Assembly (NCBI RefSeq): GCF_964355755.1
Contig: NC_092679.1
Span: 22,737,432-22,801,431 of the forward strand
From: Antedon mediterranea
Lineage: Eukaryota > Animalia > Echinodermata
Reading direction: 5' to 3'
Length of the DNA: 64,000 nt
The translations under genes were made by a program, and so were the position numbers. Positions 61,854 through 64,000 of the stretch are shown here, piece after piece. The notes beneath the pieces are model-generated. The model was not told where the DNA came from. It worked only from the letters and a program-made list of their open reading frames with translations, and did not search any database. Position 1 is the stretch's first letter. The number at the start of each line of letters is the position of its first letter.

Positions 61854-63083
61854 TCAGTAGGATTGCAGCGGTCCGAACTTTTTAACGATCCTCCTAAAAG
61901 CCTCATCTGCCAACCATTCTCTCCCCCACAACTCCACATTGCACGTTTTTATCTGCAATACAAAATAAGTTAATAAATTGTATGTAAAACATAATTAAAC
62001 AGCTGGTAATAATATATCATGCAAGAACAAATGTTGCATTTAATTATGAGAGAAAAGGATGTGGAAGATTGTCTATGAAGACAAACGGCCATATTAACAA
62101 GTGTCTTGGCAATTAATAATAGTGTTGATATATATGATCAATGCGTTGCAGCATCGTGAAAGGGTCGTAATATTGACATTTTTCTGTATGTAACATCTTT
62201 GAAAACTCTAGAATTACATAAAAACCTGATTTCTACACTATCAAACTTTATGTGACAAACATGTGATGTGCTCATATGTTTAAACGATGATGTCATATCA
62301 CCAGCATATTTTGGCATATCACATACTTTAGTTTGATAGTCCAGATATGACGTATGCATTTCAATCGACGACCAAGTGCTCATATACTTACATCGTCACC
62401 ATCGGAACACATTTTGCTGCTGGTATAACAAGCTTGGAAGACAAAACTGTAAAGAGATCCAGATGTAACCTGGAAAAATAATTGTTAAAATAATGATGAT
62501 TTCCATATTGTATATCTATGTTTTACCACATAAACAAATTCGTCTGACAGAAAAACGAACTTCCGAGTGCTTTAACATAAATATATTCTTTTTAATAACA
62601 AAAACTTCCAACAAAAATCCGTACACTTACTGACACTTTTTGATAGAGTTGTTGTAGATTTTGTATAAAGGTTTATATAAATTGTATATAGAGAATTTTT
62701 ATAAATGCTTATAGATATTTTGTAGAATTTCTAAAGAGATTTTATAGATTTTAAAAATATATTTTCTTTTCTATTTATATACAGTTCTAAATGGTTTTCT
62801 ATATACAATATATATAGATAAAATTGATAGACTCATTGTATAGACTTCTATAGAAACTGTATACAAGTGGACGTGGTCTAACGTGCCTCGTTACTAACTT
62901 ACCTGTTCAGTGACCGAGGTAATCTTGGAAAGCATGTACTTCTCTGGCGATTCGTTTTGATTGATTGTTTCAATTGCAAATCTCATCTTGTTTACAATGT
63001 CACCGTTGATTTCATTCTTTGCTGTGACAGAAGCCACCAAAAAACGAATCTACCAAAAACAGTAACAGCAACAACTTGGCCAT
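61854..63083 (-). pseudogene. Cystatin paralog with frameshifts; exons 63083-62903, 62469-62392, 61952-61854
   Basis: Exon 1 is 181 nt (+1 in a T6 run, stop at codon 24) and lacks the N-terminal GG segment; Q|VTSG; exon 3 shifts frame before the last Cys (TTC-GGAC-CGC-TGC versus paralog TTC-AAA-TGC). Confidence 0.75.
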
Positions 63084-63684
63084 TTTCTCTCTCAATTGAA
63101 CGGAATGTCTACAGTCCGCTGGACATCACACGACACCAGGTTTTATATACACGAGTAACAATATAATCCATTTATTTATTTTTGTTTCCTAAATAATTTT
63201 ATTATATTGCGGTGTCATCACAAATATTATTATAGATAATTAACAATATATATATATATAAATTCTATTTTTTTTTGTTAATTAAGTAAATTTGTACTAT
63301 TAGTATTGATTGTAAAAACAGTTTACCATGGTCACTCACTTTATATAAATTTTAATAAACTATTGTTAATAACTAAATTAACCGTATCTGGAATCAAGGA
63401 CAATAAACAATTAACAATAAATATTCAAATTACCTTCTCTTTTAATTAAATTTGTATTGTACGATAAACACACCTCGGTTTCATTATCATTAATTTATTG
63501 GCTGATTCAGTTTTACGTGCCGAAAATTATTTTGATCCACGATCGATGTTTTTACGTTTCCTTTGAATAATACGGGTCAAACATTGGATATATCTGTCTT
63601 TTTTTGCATAACTTATATCATCCATTGGCCTTGGTCGTCAAGCGGGTCGTGTTTAAATATGAACATCCTTGATTATGTATAACA

Positions 63685-63745
63685 TAATAATAATAACAGG
63701 ATTTTTATAGCGCACATACCACTCAAGAGTGCTCAAGGCGCATTC
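63685..63745 (-). mobile_element. 3' tail of a SINE/LINE (L2-like)
   Basis: Minus strand GCGCCTTGAGCAC...GTGCGCTATAAAAATCC followed by (TAT)n, similar to the tail at 10262-10325. Confidence 0.5.
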
Positions 63746-64000
63746 AAAAAAATGAAAACAAATCATACAAATGCCTGACAAAAAAATGCAATTTCTTTGG
63801 AGGGTCCCCATCCGTTCTCGTTCTGTCGCGGTCCCGGACCCCTACCTAGGTGACCAAACAAAGGAACAGGATACAAATTTGCCTTGCCACAGACGACCGG
63901 GTGCTCAGAGACAACAACCAAGACAGAGGCACCCCAAAGATAATGCTGGAAAAAGTATACTATACAATTCTAGAACTTTAAGAAACCTCATGATTTCCAT

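Overview
AT-rich, intron-containing animal genomic DNA; a marine invertebrate, possibly an echinoderm, is inferred from the gene set and SINE types. Host genes: a TWIK/KCNK1-like two-pore K+ channel (minus, 3 exons seen, last exon absent from the window), VPS39 (plus, 19 exons, complete), WDR20 (plus, alternative last exons) and three tandem cystatins (minus; one intact, one with its C-terminus altered by a retrotransposon, one frameshifted). The most striking structure is a Ty3/Gypsy insertion with three LTRs. An inverted LTR+PPT+3'UTR block is fused head-to-head to a full gag-pol element, and the 9.6-kb composite ends in a U5 terminus on both sides, flanked by one GTAG target-site duplication inside a cystatin exon. 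Its RT has HHDD in place of YxDD and it has a canonical -1 frameshift signal. The left 8 kb looks like a Helentron-type element in the KCNK intron, with an unlisted PHD-finger ORF and a ~345-bp tandem array whose units each contain a candidate 32-nt micro-exon. Also present: a 3.8-kb satellite built from two palindromic modules, minisatellites, SINEs and MITEs. All calls were made by eye, without database searches.
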